From Candidatus Omnitrophota bacterium (GTDB taxonomy: Bacteria; Omnitrophota; Omnitrophia; Omnitrophales; Aquincolibacteriaceae): a stretch of 64,000 bases of DNA. Location of the stretch: the NCBI GenBank assembly GCA_903856085.1, contig CAIOAT010000003.1, forward strand, positions 173 to 64,172, in the 5' to 3' direction. The position numbers and the translations under genes were made by a program. Under the pieces are notes generated by a model. The model saw only the letters and a program-made list of their open reading frames with translations, was not told the DNA's origin and made no database searches. How positions within the stretch are numbered: the first letter of the stretch is position 1; every line of letters begins with the position of its first letter. This document shows, one piece after another, positions 30,606 through 42,651 of the stretch.

Positions 30606-30929
30606 ATGGAATGCTTGCGACGGGGAAAAGATCAAAGCGTTGAAAATAGTTATCAGCGATGTCTTGCGAAAGCGATGGATAGGACTCATCAGTTGCTTCG
30701 CGAAAAGGAAGCGGCGCCTGATTATGAAAGGATCCATTCTGTGAAAGCCATTCTTTATGCGGCTATTGAACAGGCGGGAATGGAGACGGATCGGCTGATT
30801 TCGGCCCAGGAGTTGCTTCGCGAACTTTTGACGCTTGTTGCTTTGCAGGCCGACCCCGTCCGGTGTGAGAGGCACGAAGCGCTGAAGATCCTTGGGGAGC
30901 TCACGACTCGCCATCACCTGGGAGGGTGA
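30606..30929 (+). CDS. Hypothetical helical protein
   Basis: AAGGAG RBS; 107 aa. Confidence 0.6.
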   Translation: MECLRRGKDQSVENSYQRCLAKAMDRTHQLLREKEAAPDYERIHSVKAILYAAIEQAGMETDRLISAQELLRELLTLVALQADPVRCERHEALKILGELTTRHHLGG

Positions 30930-31049
30930 GATGAAAAGCGTTTTTTATCCGTAGCACGTCCTCAGCTTGATTCGCCATTGGGTTTTTGTTACAATGCCGC
31001 CTCTTTGAAGAACCGTTTTAAACCCGCTAAGGACCTTTCAGGGAAGACG

Positions 31050-31961
31050 ATGCCTAAACCTTTGACGTTCCAGGAGTTAATACAAAAGCTGAACGACTAT
31101 TGGGCGAAGCAGGGCTGCCTTGTGATGCAGCCGTACGATATCGAAGTCGGTGCCGGAACTTTTTCCCCGAATACATTTCTGCGGGCCCTGGGCCCCGAGC
31201 CCTGGAAAGCCGCCTATGTTGAGCCCTCTCGCAGGCCGACGGATGGCCGCTATGGTGAAAATCCCCACAGGACTCAGCATTATTATCAATACCAGGTCAT
31301 TTTGAAACCGTCCCCCGGGAATCCCCAGGAACTTTATCTGAATAGCCTTCGTGCGGTCGGTATCGATCCTCTTGCTCATGATATCCGTTTCGTGGAAGAC
31401 GACTGGGAATCTCCGACGCTTGGGGCGTGGGGGCTTGGTTGGGAAGTATGGCTCGACAGTCTTGAGATCACGCAATTCACTTATTTTCAGCAATGCGGTT
31501 CGATCGATCTGGATGTGATCTCTTGCGAGATTACCTATGGCTTGGAACGCATCGCCATGTTTCTGCAGCAAAAAGATTCTTTGTTCGATATCCAGTGGAA
31601 TGACAAGGTCACCTACGGCGATGTCCATTTGCAAGGAGAGCGGGAATTCTCGAAATTTAATTTCGAGGGATCAGACCCCGAGATCTACCGTCGCCATTTC
31701 GAGGATTATGAGAAACAGGCCGTGCGCTTACTCGAAGGAGGGATGGTCCTGCCGGCGTATGATTGCTGCCTCAAGACCTCGCATATTTTTAATCTTCTCG
31801 ATGCCCGCGGCGCCGTGAGCGTGAATGAACGTCCTCGGTATATTGCCCGCGTCCGGGCCCTGGCCCGCCGTTGTGCGGAAGGGTATCTTGAAAGCCGCAA
31901 GGCGCAGAATTTTCCACTGATTAAGCAAAAACCTGCCTACCGGCAGGCAGGGAAGAAATAA
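31050..31961 (+). CDS. glyQ: Glycine--tRNA ligase alpha subunit
   Basis: [41 protein letters not shown]. Confidence 0.97.
   Translation: MPKPLTFQELIQKLNDYWAKQGCLVMQPYDIEVGAGTFSPNTFLRALGPEPWKAAYVEPSRRPTDGRYGENPHRTQHYYQYQVILKPSPGNPQELYLNSLRAVGIDPLAHDIRFVEDDWESPTLGAWGLGWEVWLDSLEITQFTYFQQCGSIDLDVISCEITYGLERIAMFLQQKDSLFDIQWNDKVTYGDVHLQGEREFSKFNFEGSDPEIYRRHFEDYEKQAVRLLEGGMVLPAYDCCLKTSHIFNLLDARGAVSVNERPRYIARVRALARRCAEGYLESRKAQNFPLIKQKPAYRQAGKK
31932..31951. repeat. 20 bp palindrome CCTGCCTACCGGCAGGCAGG inside the 3' end of glyQ
   Basis: Arms CCTGCCT/AGGCAGG; read in frame as PAYRQAG. Confidence 0.7.
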
Positions 31962-31963
31962 TC

Positions 31964-34063
31964 ATGCCCAATTTATTGATCGAGATCGGTGTCGAAGAAC
32001 TGCCGGTGGGAGCGCTGGACGTCATTTATGACGAGCTGGCCGCGAAGACACGTCAGAAACTGGTGGATGAACGCATCGCTTTTGCGGAAGTAAAAGTGGA
32101 AGCGACTCCTCGCCGCATTGCGCTTTTTGTCCAAGGCATTGCCGCGATGCAGCCGGACCGGGAACTCGAGATCTCGGGTCCTTCTTATGAGAAATGTTAT
32201 GACGTCCAGGGGAAATCCACGGTGGTGCTTCAAGGTTTTCTCAGAAGTAAACAGGCCGCGGAAAAAGATATCGAGGTCCGGGAAACGCCCAAGGGAAAAT
32301 TTATCTTTCTGAAGAAAAAAGAAAAAGGTGGGGTCGTGGCGACCCTTCTTCCGGGGCTGATCCAGGGACTGTTCGCCTCTCTTTCTTTCCCCAAGCTCAT
32401 GCGTTGGGAGCCGTCGGGATTCCGTTTTCCGCGTCCCATCCGGTGGCTGGTCGTTCTGATGGACACCAAAAAGATCCCGCTCATGCTTGCCGATGTGAAG
32501 TCCGGCAACAAGAGTTTGGGTCACCGTTTCCTTTCGCCGCAAAGTTTCACAATCCTGAAAGCCGATTGGAAGGCGTATGTCGCGCTTCTGAAAAAGAAAC
32601 ATGTTTCTCTGCCGATCGAAACGCGCGAGGCTTTGGTTCGCGGAACTCTTAAAAATCGCTTCAAGCAGAAACAGAGCGACGACGAATTAGCGCATATGAA
32701 TGCCCAGCTCGTGGAAGAGCCGTTCTTTTTGGAAGGGACTTTTTCGCAGGAATATCTCGAACTTCCCGCGGAAGTGCTTGCGAGTTGCATGAAAAAGAAC
32801 CAGAAGATCTTTGCTTGCTACGACCCCAAAGGGAAGATGCATAACCGTTTTGTGGCCGTGATGAACGGGAAACGGAACGGCCTTGCGAAGATCCGTTCGG
32901 ATTATGAAAATGTCCTGGATTCGCGATTAAAAGATGCCCGCTATTTTTATGAAATGGACACGCGCGAAACGTTCGAAAAGAAGAAGTCCAAACTTGCCGA
33001 GCTCGTTTATCTGGGTAAACTCGGTTCTGTGCTCGATAAGACCGAACGGCTTGAAAAATTGGCGCCGGAATTTTCGAAAGCGGTAGGCCATCCGGCGCTC
33101 GCAGAAGACCTCAAGCGAGTTGCCAGCCTTTCCAAGATCGATCTTGTGACCCATCTTGTTTATGAAATGCCGGATCTTCAGGGAATCGTGGGCCGGGAAT
33201 ACGCCCGTGAAGCTAAAGAAAAGGAAGAGGTGGCGTTAGCCATCGGCACTCAATACCTCCCCAAAAACCTGACGGAAGATCATTCGAAGGTTAAAAAGTC
33301 TATAAGCCTTCCCGGAGCGCTCTTCGGGATCATGGATCGGCTGGATCTTTTGGTCGGGGCGCTGGGCACGGGCATTGAACCTACGGGAAGCCAGGACCCG
33401 TTCGCGTTGCGCCGGGCCGGTGGCAATGTGGTGAAACTTATTCGTGCATTTGAGATCTCTTTCCCATTGGCCAAGGTAATCGATGAGGATGTGAAGTTGT
33501 ACGCTGAAAAGCTGTCCAAAAAGGACGATCTGAAATCAAGACTGCTTAAGTTCCTGCAGGAGCGTGTGTCCTTTGAATTGGGCGTGAAGCCCGGCACGAG
33601 GCCCTATGAGATCTTGCAGGCCGTTATGCGTTCATCCTTTGAGGATATCGCGGATGTGTTCAAAAGGTTTGAGGTTCTGACCGGGATGGATCAGAAAATT
33701 TTGATCAAGGCGGCTAAAGTGATCCAGCGCACGGCGAATATGTTGAAAGGTTATGGCAAAATGCCCGGGGAGCCGAAAGAGGAGCTTTTAGTCGAGGCGG
33801 AGGAGAAGAAGCTTTTCGAATTGTTCCGCACGAGGTCCAAAGACGTCGCCGAGCCCCTCGAAAAAGGGGAATATGAAAAGGCGACGCGGCTTTTCGCGGA
33901 CCTTTTTTCTGTGCCGCTGAATGATTTTTTTGACCATGTTCTGGTGAATGCGGAGGACGCGGTTTTACGTGAGAATCGGATGGCGCTTGTTGCCAGGGTA
34001 AACCATCTTTACACGGCCCGGATCGCCGATCTTTCGGCACTATCCAGAATTGACGAAGAGTGA
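31964..34063 (+). CDS. glyS: Glycine--tRNA ligase beta subunit
   Basis: LLIEIGVEELP, TPRRIA, FPRPIRW, PTGSQDPFALRR, RENRMAL. Confidence 0.95.
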   Translation: MPNLLIEIGVEELPVGALDVIYDELAAKTRQKLVDERIAFAEVKVEATPRRIALFVQGIAAMQPDRELEISGPSYEKCYDVQGKSTVVLQGFLRSKQAAEKDIEVRETPKGKFIFLKKKEKGGVVATLLPGLIQGLFASLSFPKLMRWEPSGFRFPRPIRWLVVLMDTKKIPLMLADVKSGNKSLGHRFLSPQSFTILKADWKAYVALLKKKHVSLPIETREALVRGTLKNRFKQKQSDDELAHMNAQLVEEPFFLEGTFSQEYLELPAEVLASCMKKNQKIFACYDPKGKMHNRFVAVMNGKRNGLAKIRSDYENVLDSRLKDARYFYEMDTRETFEKKKSKLAELVYLGKLGSVLDKTERLEKLAPEFSKAVGHPALAEDLKRVASLSKIDLVTHLVYEMPDLQGIVGREYAREAKEKEEVALAIGTQYLPKNLTEDHSKVKKSISLPGALFGIMDRLDLLVGALGTGIEPTGSQDPFALRRAGGNVVKLIRAFEISFPLAKVIDEDVKLYAEKLSKKDDLKSRLLKFLQERVSFELGVKPGTRPYEILQAVMRSSFEDIADVFKRFEVLTGMDQKILIKAAKVIQRTANMLKGYGKMPGEPKEELLVEAEEKKLFELFRTRSKDVAEPLEKGEYEKATRLFADLFSVPLNDFFDHVLVNAEDAVLRENRMALVARVNHLYTARIADLSALSRIDEE

Positions 34064-34122
34064 TATAATCCGCGCTCTTCCATCCTTGTCTGAGGCGTCA
34101 TTTCTAGAATATTGACAGGGAT

Positions 34123-34165
34123 GGCCCCAATTTCAACTTCGTTGAAATTGATAAGTATTGGGACC
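34123..34165 (+). repeat. Repeat family 1 copy in the ppdK leader
   Basis: GGCCCCAATTTCAACTTCGTTGAAATTGATAAGTATTGGGACC; perfect 10 bp stem with TTC loop. Confidence 0.78.
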
Positions 34166-34302
34166 AGACCTCTTTTAAGACCCCTGAAGGTCCTTCAGAG
34201 GGGAGTGTTTTAACTGATTCGCCATATAACGTGGCGGATTAATTTCGCCCCGCCTTCTGCATATTGCAGAACGCAGCGGGGCTCATTTAAAAAGGAGCTA
34301 CC

Positions 34303-36981
<2,679 letters not shown>

Positions 36982-36993
36982 GCCCGCGTTCTT

Positions 36994-37074
36994 CTAGTAC
37001 CGTTTTTCGTTTGTTTTTATGGGTGAACGGTACAGTACTGCGAGCCCATAAAATCAATCGCAACGCAGTACTAG
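36994..37074. repeat. Repeat family 2 doublet: CTAG-A(inverted, 35 bp)-CAG-B(35 bp)-CTAG
   Basis: TACCGTT..AACGGTA (36998-37032) and TACTGCG..CGCAGTA (37036-37070). Confidence 0.8.
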
Positions 37075-37125
37075 GAAATTGATCCTGAGCCCCTCCCCAA
37101 AGAGGGGCAGAGGAACCCTGATCTT

Positions 37126-38295
37126 ATGGTAGGTAAAAAAAAGAAAAAAAACGAGCTTCGTCCCGAGCGCGGGACTAGGCAGAAACATCTTCTGAAGAAA
37201 GCCGGGCGCGGACGCCTTAAGCGTTCCCGCCCTGTTTCTCACGTCCCCGAGTCTTCGCAGCCCAAGAAACATCCCAAGGCAAAATCTCTGGCTCCTCTCA
37301 AAGATACCGAGGCTCTTCTGCTCCGTGAAATAGAGCTTCAGAAAGAGGCGGAGAATATCCTCAAGGTTGAAGGGGGGCTTGACCGTCGCAAGAGTGAACG
37401 TGAGGATGATGAGCCGGATGCCCATGCGGATGACGCAATAGATCAAACTCTTGACCGTACGACCATGAGGATCTATCTCGATCAGATCGAGCATATCCCG
37501 CTCTTGACTCCTGAGGAAGAGATCTCTCTAGGAGAAAAAGTCCAGGCGGGCGGCGCGCGGGGTGAGGAGGCGCGGCTACGCATGATCCGCTCGAATCTCC
37601 GTTTGGTGATATTGCTCGCGAAGCGCTATGCCCACATGGGTCTTGCTTTTTCGGATCTCGTAGAAGAAGGCAATATCGGTCTCATGCGTGCGGTGGAAAA
37701 ATTCGATCCGAAAAGGGGCTACCGTTTTTCGACGTATGCTTCCTGGTGGATCAAACAGGGCATGATGCGCTCCCTTTCCAATCAGGGAAAAACGATCCGC
37801 ATTCCCGTTTATATGTACGGCATTATTTCCAAGTGGCGCCGGGTCCGGGATGCTTTAATGCAACGTCTCAGCCGGATGCCGACGCGGCGGGAAATCGCAA
37901 AAGTCCTTGAGATCCCGACTGCGAAAGTCAAAGAGATCGAAAGTATTGTGAACCGTCCGAGTTCGCTCAATACGCCGCTCAGTCTCGACGGTACGGCCGA
38001 ACTGATCGATATGCTCGAGGATGGCAAAGAACGCAATCCGGACTCGCAGGTCGGTGAAATGCTGAAAAGCGACCGGATTCGCAAGCTGTTGGGGGTTTTG
38101 GATGACCGGGAACGTGAGGTTTTGGAGCGCCGGTTCGGGCTGGTCCATCATGACCCGCATACGCTGGCCGAGGTCGCTCAACATTTCAATGTCACCCGGG
38201 AGCGTATCCGGCAGATCGAAGGCATCGTTCTCAAGAAAGTCCGCGCTCAGCTCGTTTTGGAAGGCGACCAGTTCGAGAATTATCTTCCGCACTAA
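37126..38295 (+). CDS. RNA polymerase sigma-70 factor, RpoD/RpoS-like with a basic N-terminal extension
   Basis: IPLLTPEEE, NLRLV, DLVEEGNIGLMRAVEKFD, FSTYASWWI, TRERIRQIE. Start uncertain. Confidence 0.9.
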   Translation: MVGKKKKKNELRPERGTRQKHLLKKAGRGRLKRSRPVSHVPESSQPKKHPKAKSLAPLKDTEALLLREIELQKEAENILKVEGGLDRRKSEREDDEPDAHADDAIDQTLDRTTMRIYLDQIEHIPLLTPEEEISLGEKVQAGGARGEEARLRMIRSNLRLVILLAKRYAHMGLAFSDLVEEGNIGLMRAVEKFDPKRGYRFSTYASWWIKQGMMRSLSNQGKTIRIPVYMYGIISKWRRVRDALMQRLSRMPTRREIAKVLEIPTAKVKEIESIVNRPSSLNTPLSLDGTAELIDMLEDGKERNPDSQVGEMLKSDRIRKLLGVLDDREREVLERRFGLVHHDPHTLAEVAQHFNVTRERIRQIEGIVLKKVRAQLVLEGDQFENYLPH

Positions 38296-38343
38296 GCCTT
38301 CTGCTTTTTCCAACGCTGTTTAAATATTTCAAAAGGAGTTCTC

Positions 38344-38865
38344 ATGGACCTGAAAGCGCTTAAATCCAAAGTTCGCAATATCCCCGATTTCCCCAAAAAA
38401 GGCATCCTTTTCCGGGATATCACACCGCTTCTCAAGGACTCGAAATCACTCCGGGAGATCATTGCCCGGTTGGCGCGGTCCTTGAAAGGGAAAAAGATCA
38501 GCGCGGTCGTGGGGATCGAATCGCGCGGTTTTATCTTTGGGACAGCGCTTGCGACGAAACTCGGGGTGGGTTTTATCCCGATCCGCAAGAAGGGAAAACT
38601 GCCTTGGAAGACCAAGCGGATCGCCTGCACGCTTGAATATGGCGAAGAGATCCTTGAGATCCATCAGGACGCGGTCAAGCGCGGCGAAAAGGTTGTGATC
38701 GTGGACGATCTTCTTGCGACGGGGGGAACGGCCGCGGCCGCCGCGGAGCTTGTGGAAAGCATTGGCGGAAAGGTGGCCAAGCTCGCGTTCGTCATCGAAT
38801 TGGGATTTCTCAACGGGCGTAAAAAACTGAAGAATCACGACGTATTTTCACTGATAAATTATTGA
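38344..38865 (+). CDS. apt: Adenine phosphoribosyltransferase
   Basis: PDFPKKGILFRDITPLL, ESRGF, RKKGKLP, VDDLLATGGT. Confidence 0.96.
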   Translation: MDLKALKSKVRNIPDFPKKGILFRDITPLLKDSKSLREIIARLARSLKGKKISAVVGIESRGFIFGTALATKLGVGFIPIRKKGKLPWKTKRIACTLEYGEEILEIHQDAVKRGEKVVIVDDLLATGGTAAAAAELVESIGGKVAKLAFVIELGFLNGRKKLKNHDVFSLINY

Positions 38866-38895
38866 AAACGGGGAACAGCGAGCGTTTTTTAAATT

Positions 38896-38969
38896 GCCCC
38901 CATAGCTCAATTGGATAGAGCATCGCCTTCCTAAGGCGAGGGTTGCATGTTCGATTCATGCTGGGGGCA
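38896..38969 (+). tRNA. tRNA-Arg (CCT)
   Basis: Cloverleaf: GCCCCCA/TGGGGGC acceptor stem, TCGCC-TT-CCT-AA-GGCGA anticodon arm, TTCGA T-loop; CCA not encoded. Confidence 0.95.
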
Positions 38970-39081
38970 CTAAATCCGAATAAGTTAGTGTGGCGCCGTC
39001 GAATCCTAATGAAAGCCTCGTGCGGTGACCGTAGTGATTTTTTTCACGAAATATTATTCCAAAGAGCTCAAAAAGGCGGGA

Positions 39082-39612
39082 ATGGAAATGCGAAAATTTG
39101 AAAAAGTATCCTTTTTTTGGATCTTGGCCGCTCTTTTTTTGTTTCCGGTAGGAACTGCCATCGGTCAGGATGTGGCAGAGCCTTCGAGGAAAGCCGAAGA
39201 ACCGGCGCCGAAATCTGATCTTGATAAATTGAAGACGGAATGGGAAGCCGTTCGCGAGCAACAGATTCAGATGCTCCTCGAAAAAGAAAGGCAACTGGAA
39301 AAGCTCAAGGAAGAGATCTTTGCCAAGATGAAGGCCTTGAATGTTCCGGCAACGCCTCAATCCGGCAAGTCTCAACCTGTATCTGCGAGTGATCCCAGTC
39401 TCGTTCCTCAGGGTGAAACGGTTCCTGACAGCAGTTCCGAACTTGAGGTCCAAAAATCGTCTTTCCAGGCTGAACGTCAAAAGTTTTTTGCGGAAATGAG
39501 TCGCCAAAAAGAAAGTCTTCGCCAGCTTCAATCCTCTCTCGATCAAAAGGCCAAACAGCTTGCTGCGGAACGGGAACGTTTTGAACAGGAAAAAAAGACG
39601 GCAGGCCGTTAG
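39082..39612 (+). CDS. Exported coiled-coil protein
   Basis: Signal peptide; two E/K/Q-rich coiled segments joined by a Pro/Ser linker. Confidence 0.7.
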   Translation: MEMRKFEKVSFFWILAALFLFPVGTAIGQDVAEPSRKAEEPAPKSDLDKLKTEWEAVREQQIQMLLEKERQLEKLKEEIFAKMKALNVPATPQSGKSQPVSASDPSLVPQGETVPDSSSELEVQKSSFQAERQKFFAEMSRQKESLRQLQSSLDQKAKQLAAERERFEQEKKTAGR

Positions 39613-39624
39613 CCTTCCTCGCTC

Positions 39625-40167
39625 ATGCCGGATAAAACTTTCCTTAGAAAAGCACTCCTGGGAAAAATGAAAAATGTCCCGCTTCTTTCGCGGCACATGA
39701 AAAGCCGTCGGATCCTCCGGAAATTGTCCCAAGAACCCGTTTTCCGAAAAGCGGAACACGTTGCGTTTTATTATGGGATCGCCCCCGAGGTGGAGACGAA
39801 GCCTTACCTTAAAAAGATCTTGAAGGATAAAAGGATCTATCTTCCGAGGGTCGGTCCGAGGAAGTCCCTGACATTGCGCCGTGTTCGTTCGCTTTCCCGG
39901 GACCTGAAAAAAGGCGCTTACAACATCATGGAGCCTAAGGTGTTTTGTGAGAAACGGGCGGCGAACCAAATGGATCTCATCATTGTCCCCGGCGTGGCTT
40001 TTGACAAGAGAGGCGGGCGTCTGGGGCGGGGCGGTGGTTACTACGACCGGCTTCTCCGGAAGGCCGGGAAAGTCATCAAGGTCGGGTTGTGCTTCCGGGA
40101 ACAGCTTGTAAAAAAAGTTCCGATGCAAGCGCACGATATGAGAGTGGACAAAGTCATTACGGACTAG
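39625..40167 (+). CDS. 5-formyltetrahydrofolate cyclo-ligase
   Basis: IIVPGVAFD, RLGRGGGYYDR, HDMRVD. Confidence 0.93.
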   Translation: MPDKTFLRKALLGKMKNVPLLSRHMKSRRILRKLSQEPVFRKAEHVAFYYGIAPEVETKPYLKKILKDKRIYLPRVGPRKSLTLRRVRSLSRDLKKGAYNIMEPKVFCEKRAANQMDLIIVPGVAFDKRGGRLGRGGGYYDRLLRKAGKVIKVGLCFREQLVKKVPMQAHDMRVDKVITD

Positions 40168-40225
40168 TCTTAATGCTTATCAACCGGGTGTTTCTCGCCG
40201 CAGGTTTGAATTTACGGAGAAGAAA

Positions 40226-41464
40226 ATGTTGAAAAAAAACGATGGCTCGCTTTTCTGTGAAAACACGGAGGCCCGCCAGATCCTTACCGTCAGCCAGCTG
40301 AACCGGAAGAGCCGTTCGCTGCTGGAATCCCAGCTTTCCGGGGTTTGGGTGGAAGGGGAGATCTCGAATTTTAAGCATCATAGCTCCGGGCACATGTATC
40401 TGACGCTCAAAGACGAGAATGCGCAGATCTCCGCGGCTTTTTTCAGCCAGTATCAGCGCAATCTGAAATTTGAATTAAAAGATGGGCTCAAGATCCTGGC
40501 GTTCTGCCGTGTCTCCATTTACGAAGCGCGCGGGCAGTACCAGCTTTACATTGAACGTGTGGAGCCGCAGGGTGTCGGGGCGCTTCAGCTTGCCTTTCAG
40601 CAACTCAAAGAACGATTAGCCAAAGAGGGGCTGTTTAACGAAGAGCGGAAGCGGTCCATCCCCAGGTTCCCGAAGATCGTGGGCGTGGTCACTTCACCCA
40701 CCGGGGCTGCGATCCATGATATTTTAAACGTGGTGAACCGCCGGTTTTGTGGGACGCATGTGCTCCTCTATCCTGTCAAAGTGCAGGGCGAAGGTGCGGC
40801 CGGGGAGATTGCGGCGGCCATCGAGACAATGAACGAACGCTCCGAGGTCGACGTCCTGATCGTGGGACGAGGCGGCGGCAGCCTCGAGGATCTTTGGGCT
40901 TTTAACGAAGAGGCGGTTGCGCGCGCAGTTTTTGGATCGCATATTCCTGTGATCTCTGCGGTGGGGCATGAAAGTGATTGGACGATTTGTGATCTTGTCG
41001 CGGACCTTCGGGCGCCGACGCCATCGGCTGCTGCGGAACTTGTCGTTTCAAGCCGGCTTGAACTCGAAGAGCGTTTACGCGGGCGCAGGGAAAGATTGGA
41101 TTTCGCGATGAACGGGATGTTTGAGCGCTATCAGGAACAGCTCTCGAACCTTGCTTCCAGCGCGGCGTTCAGACAACCGCAGTATCTTCTGGATCAGTTT
41201 ACCGGACGGGTGGATGAACTGGGCCGGCAGATGGAAGGTCGTCTGGCGGGTCTTGTGGGCTCGAAGTCGCAGATCTTTCACGGCGTGACGGGACGATTGA
41301 ACGCGCTCAATCCGCTTGCGATCCTCGACCGCGGTTATTCCGTGAGTTTTAATGAAAAAGACGAGATCGTCAAAAATGTCCAGCAGGTTTCCGTGGGGGA
41401 TGTGATGCGGACCCGGCTTCATCAAGGTTCTTTGATCTCGAAAGTTACTGCCATCACCAAATAA
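40226..41464 (+). CDS. xseA: Exodeoxyribonuclease VII large subunit
   Basis: WVEGEISN, SGHMYLTLKD, RGGGSLEDLWAFN, APTPSAAAE. Confidence 0.96.
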   Translation: MLKKNDGSLFCENTEARQILTVSQLNRKSRSLLESQLSGVWVEGEISNFKHHSSGHMYLTLKDENAQISAAFFSQYQRNLKFELKDGLKILAFCRVSIYEARGQYQLYIERVEPQGVGALQLAFQQLKERLAKEGLFNEERKRSIPRFPKIVGVVTSPTGAAIHDILNVVNRRFCGTHVLLYPVKVQGEGAAGEIAAAIETMNERSEVDVLIVGRGGGSLEDLWAFNEEAVARAVFGSHIPVISAVGHESDWTICDLVADLRAPTPSAAAELVVSSRLELEERLRGRRERLDFAMNGMFERYQEQLSNLASSAAFRQPQYLLDQFTGRVDELGRQMEGRLAGLVGSKSQIFHGVTGRLNALNPLAILDRGYSVSFNEKDEIVKNVQQVSVGDVMRTRLHQGSLISKVTAITK

Positions 41465-41475
41465 GGGGATAGAAC

Positions 41476-41784
41476 ATGACCGAAAAATTTCAATTTGAGA
41501 AAGCATTGGAAGATCTTGAAAAGATCGTGGAAGCCATGGAAAGCGGGGAGCTGACGCTTGACCAGGCACTTAAGAAATACGAGGAAGGCGTCGGGTTGGT
41601 GCGGGCCTGTCAGTCGAAGCTCACCGAAACGGAAAAGAGGATCGAGGTGCTGACCAAGACCTTGGACGGTTCGCTTAAGAAAGAGGCGTTCGATCCTGAG
41701 GATGCGCCGCACGGTGCGGTGAAGACCAAAAAGAAGAAAGCTTCTTTCGAAGAGGGTGACGAGAAGCTTAGCGATGAGGATTAA
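41476..41784 (+). CDS. xseB: Exodeoxyribonuclease VII small subunit
   Basis: FEKALEDLEKIVEAMESGELTLDQALKKYEEG. Confidence 0.94.
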   Translation: MTEKFQFEKALEDLEKIVEAMESGELTLDQALKKYEEGVGLVRACQSKLTETEKRIEVLTKTLDGSLKKEAFDPEDAPHGAVKTKKKKASFEEGDEKLSDED

Positions 41785-41787
41785 CAC

Positions 41788-42609
41788 GTGACTTACGAGC
41801 AATGCTTCAAACGCCATCGGGCGTTCATAGAAAAAAAACTGAAGGGCATGCTGCGTGCTCAGGAAGCCCGTCCTCTGAGTATCCATAAGGCCATGCAGTA
41901 TGCGGTCTTTACGGGCGGGAAGAGATTCCGGCCGGTGCTGGTGCTGAGCGCTTGTGAGGCGTGCGGCGGGAAGCCTCAAGACGCCATGGGGGCGGCTCTG
42001 GCTGTCGAGTTGATCCATACTTATTCGCTGGTGCATGATGATCTTCCGGCGCTGGATAATGACGCTACCCGGCGTGGAAAACCCACCTGCCACAAAAAAT
42101 TCGGCGAAGCGAACGCGATCCTGGCGGGCGATGCTCTTTTGACTTTAGCGTTTGAGTTCATTGCCGGGATCAAGCCTGCGCAGCGGGCAGTCCAAGTCCT
42201 GCGCGAAGTAGCCATAGCCGCCGGGGTGCGTGGTATGATCGGCGGGCAAGTTGCGGACCTGGAAGCTCCTGCAAAGAAAAAGACGCTCGCGGAGCACGAC
42301 TTTATCAGCCGTTACAAGACGGGCGCTCTCATCCGCGTTAGCGCGGTGGCCGGAGCAATCGCTGCAGGTGCCGCCCCGCATGAACTCAAAGCCATGACCC
42401 GCTATGGAGAATGCTTAGGACTTGCGTTCCAGGTCGTAGATGATATTCTGGATGAGGACGGTTATTGTAAAGCGATGAGCATCCCGGCGGCTACCCAGAA
42501 AGCGGTCCGTCTTATCGGACAGGCGAAAAAAGAAGTAAAAATGTTGGGTCGTAAGGCGCAAGCCCTTAGGCTTTTAGCGGATTTTTTGATGCAAAGAATA
42601 CCCCAGTAA
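41788..42609 (+). CDS. ispA: Polyprenyl diphosphate synthase (FPP/GGPP synthase)
   Basis: GGKRFRP, SLVHDDLPALDND..RRG, KTGAL, AFQVVDD. Confidence 0.92.
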   Translation: MTYEQCFKRHRAFIEKKLKGMLRAQEARPLSIHKAMQYAVFTGGKRFRPVLVLSACEACGGKPQDAMGAALAVELIHTYSLVHDDLPALDNDATRRGKPTCHKKFGEANAILAGDALLTLAFEFIAGIKPAQRAVQVLREVAIAAGVRGMIGGQVADLEAPAKKKTLAEHDFISRYKTGALIRVSAVAGAIAAGAAPHELKAMTRYGECLGLAFQVVDDILDEDGYCKAMSIPAATQKAVRLIGQAKKEVKMLGRKAQALRLLADFLMQRIPQ

Positions 42610-42651
42610 TGCAATTTAAAGCAAAGTAGGATCGTTAGGAACGAGAGACGT

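Noticed and set aside
34123-34165. HDV-like ribozyme or known riboswitch suggested by the ...TGGGACC ending
   Set aside because: The nested double-pseudoknot order and catalytic core cannot be built, and no riboswitch consensus was recognised.
38970-39624. 6S RNA expected upstream of 5-formyltetrahydrofolate cyclo-ligase
   Set aside because: The space holds a plausible protein-coding gene and no long 6S-like rod is visible.
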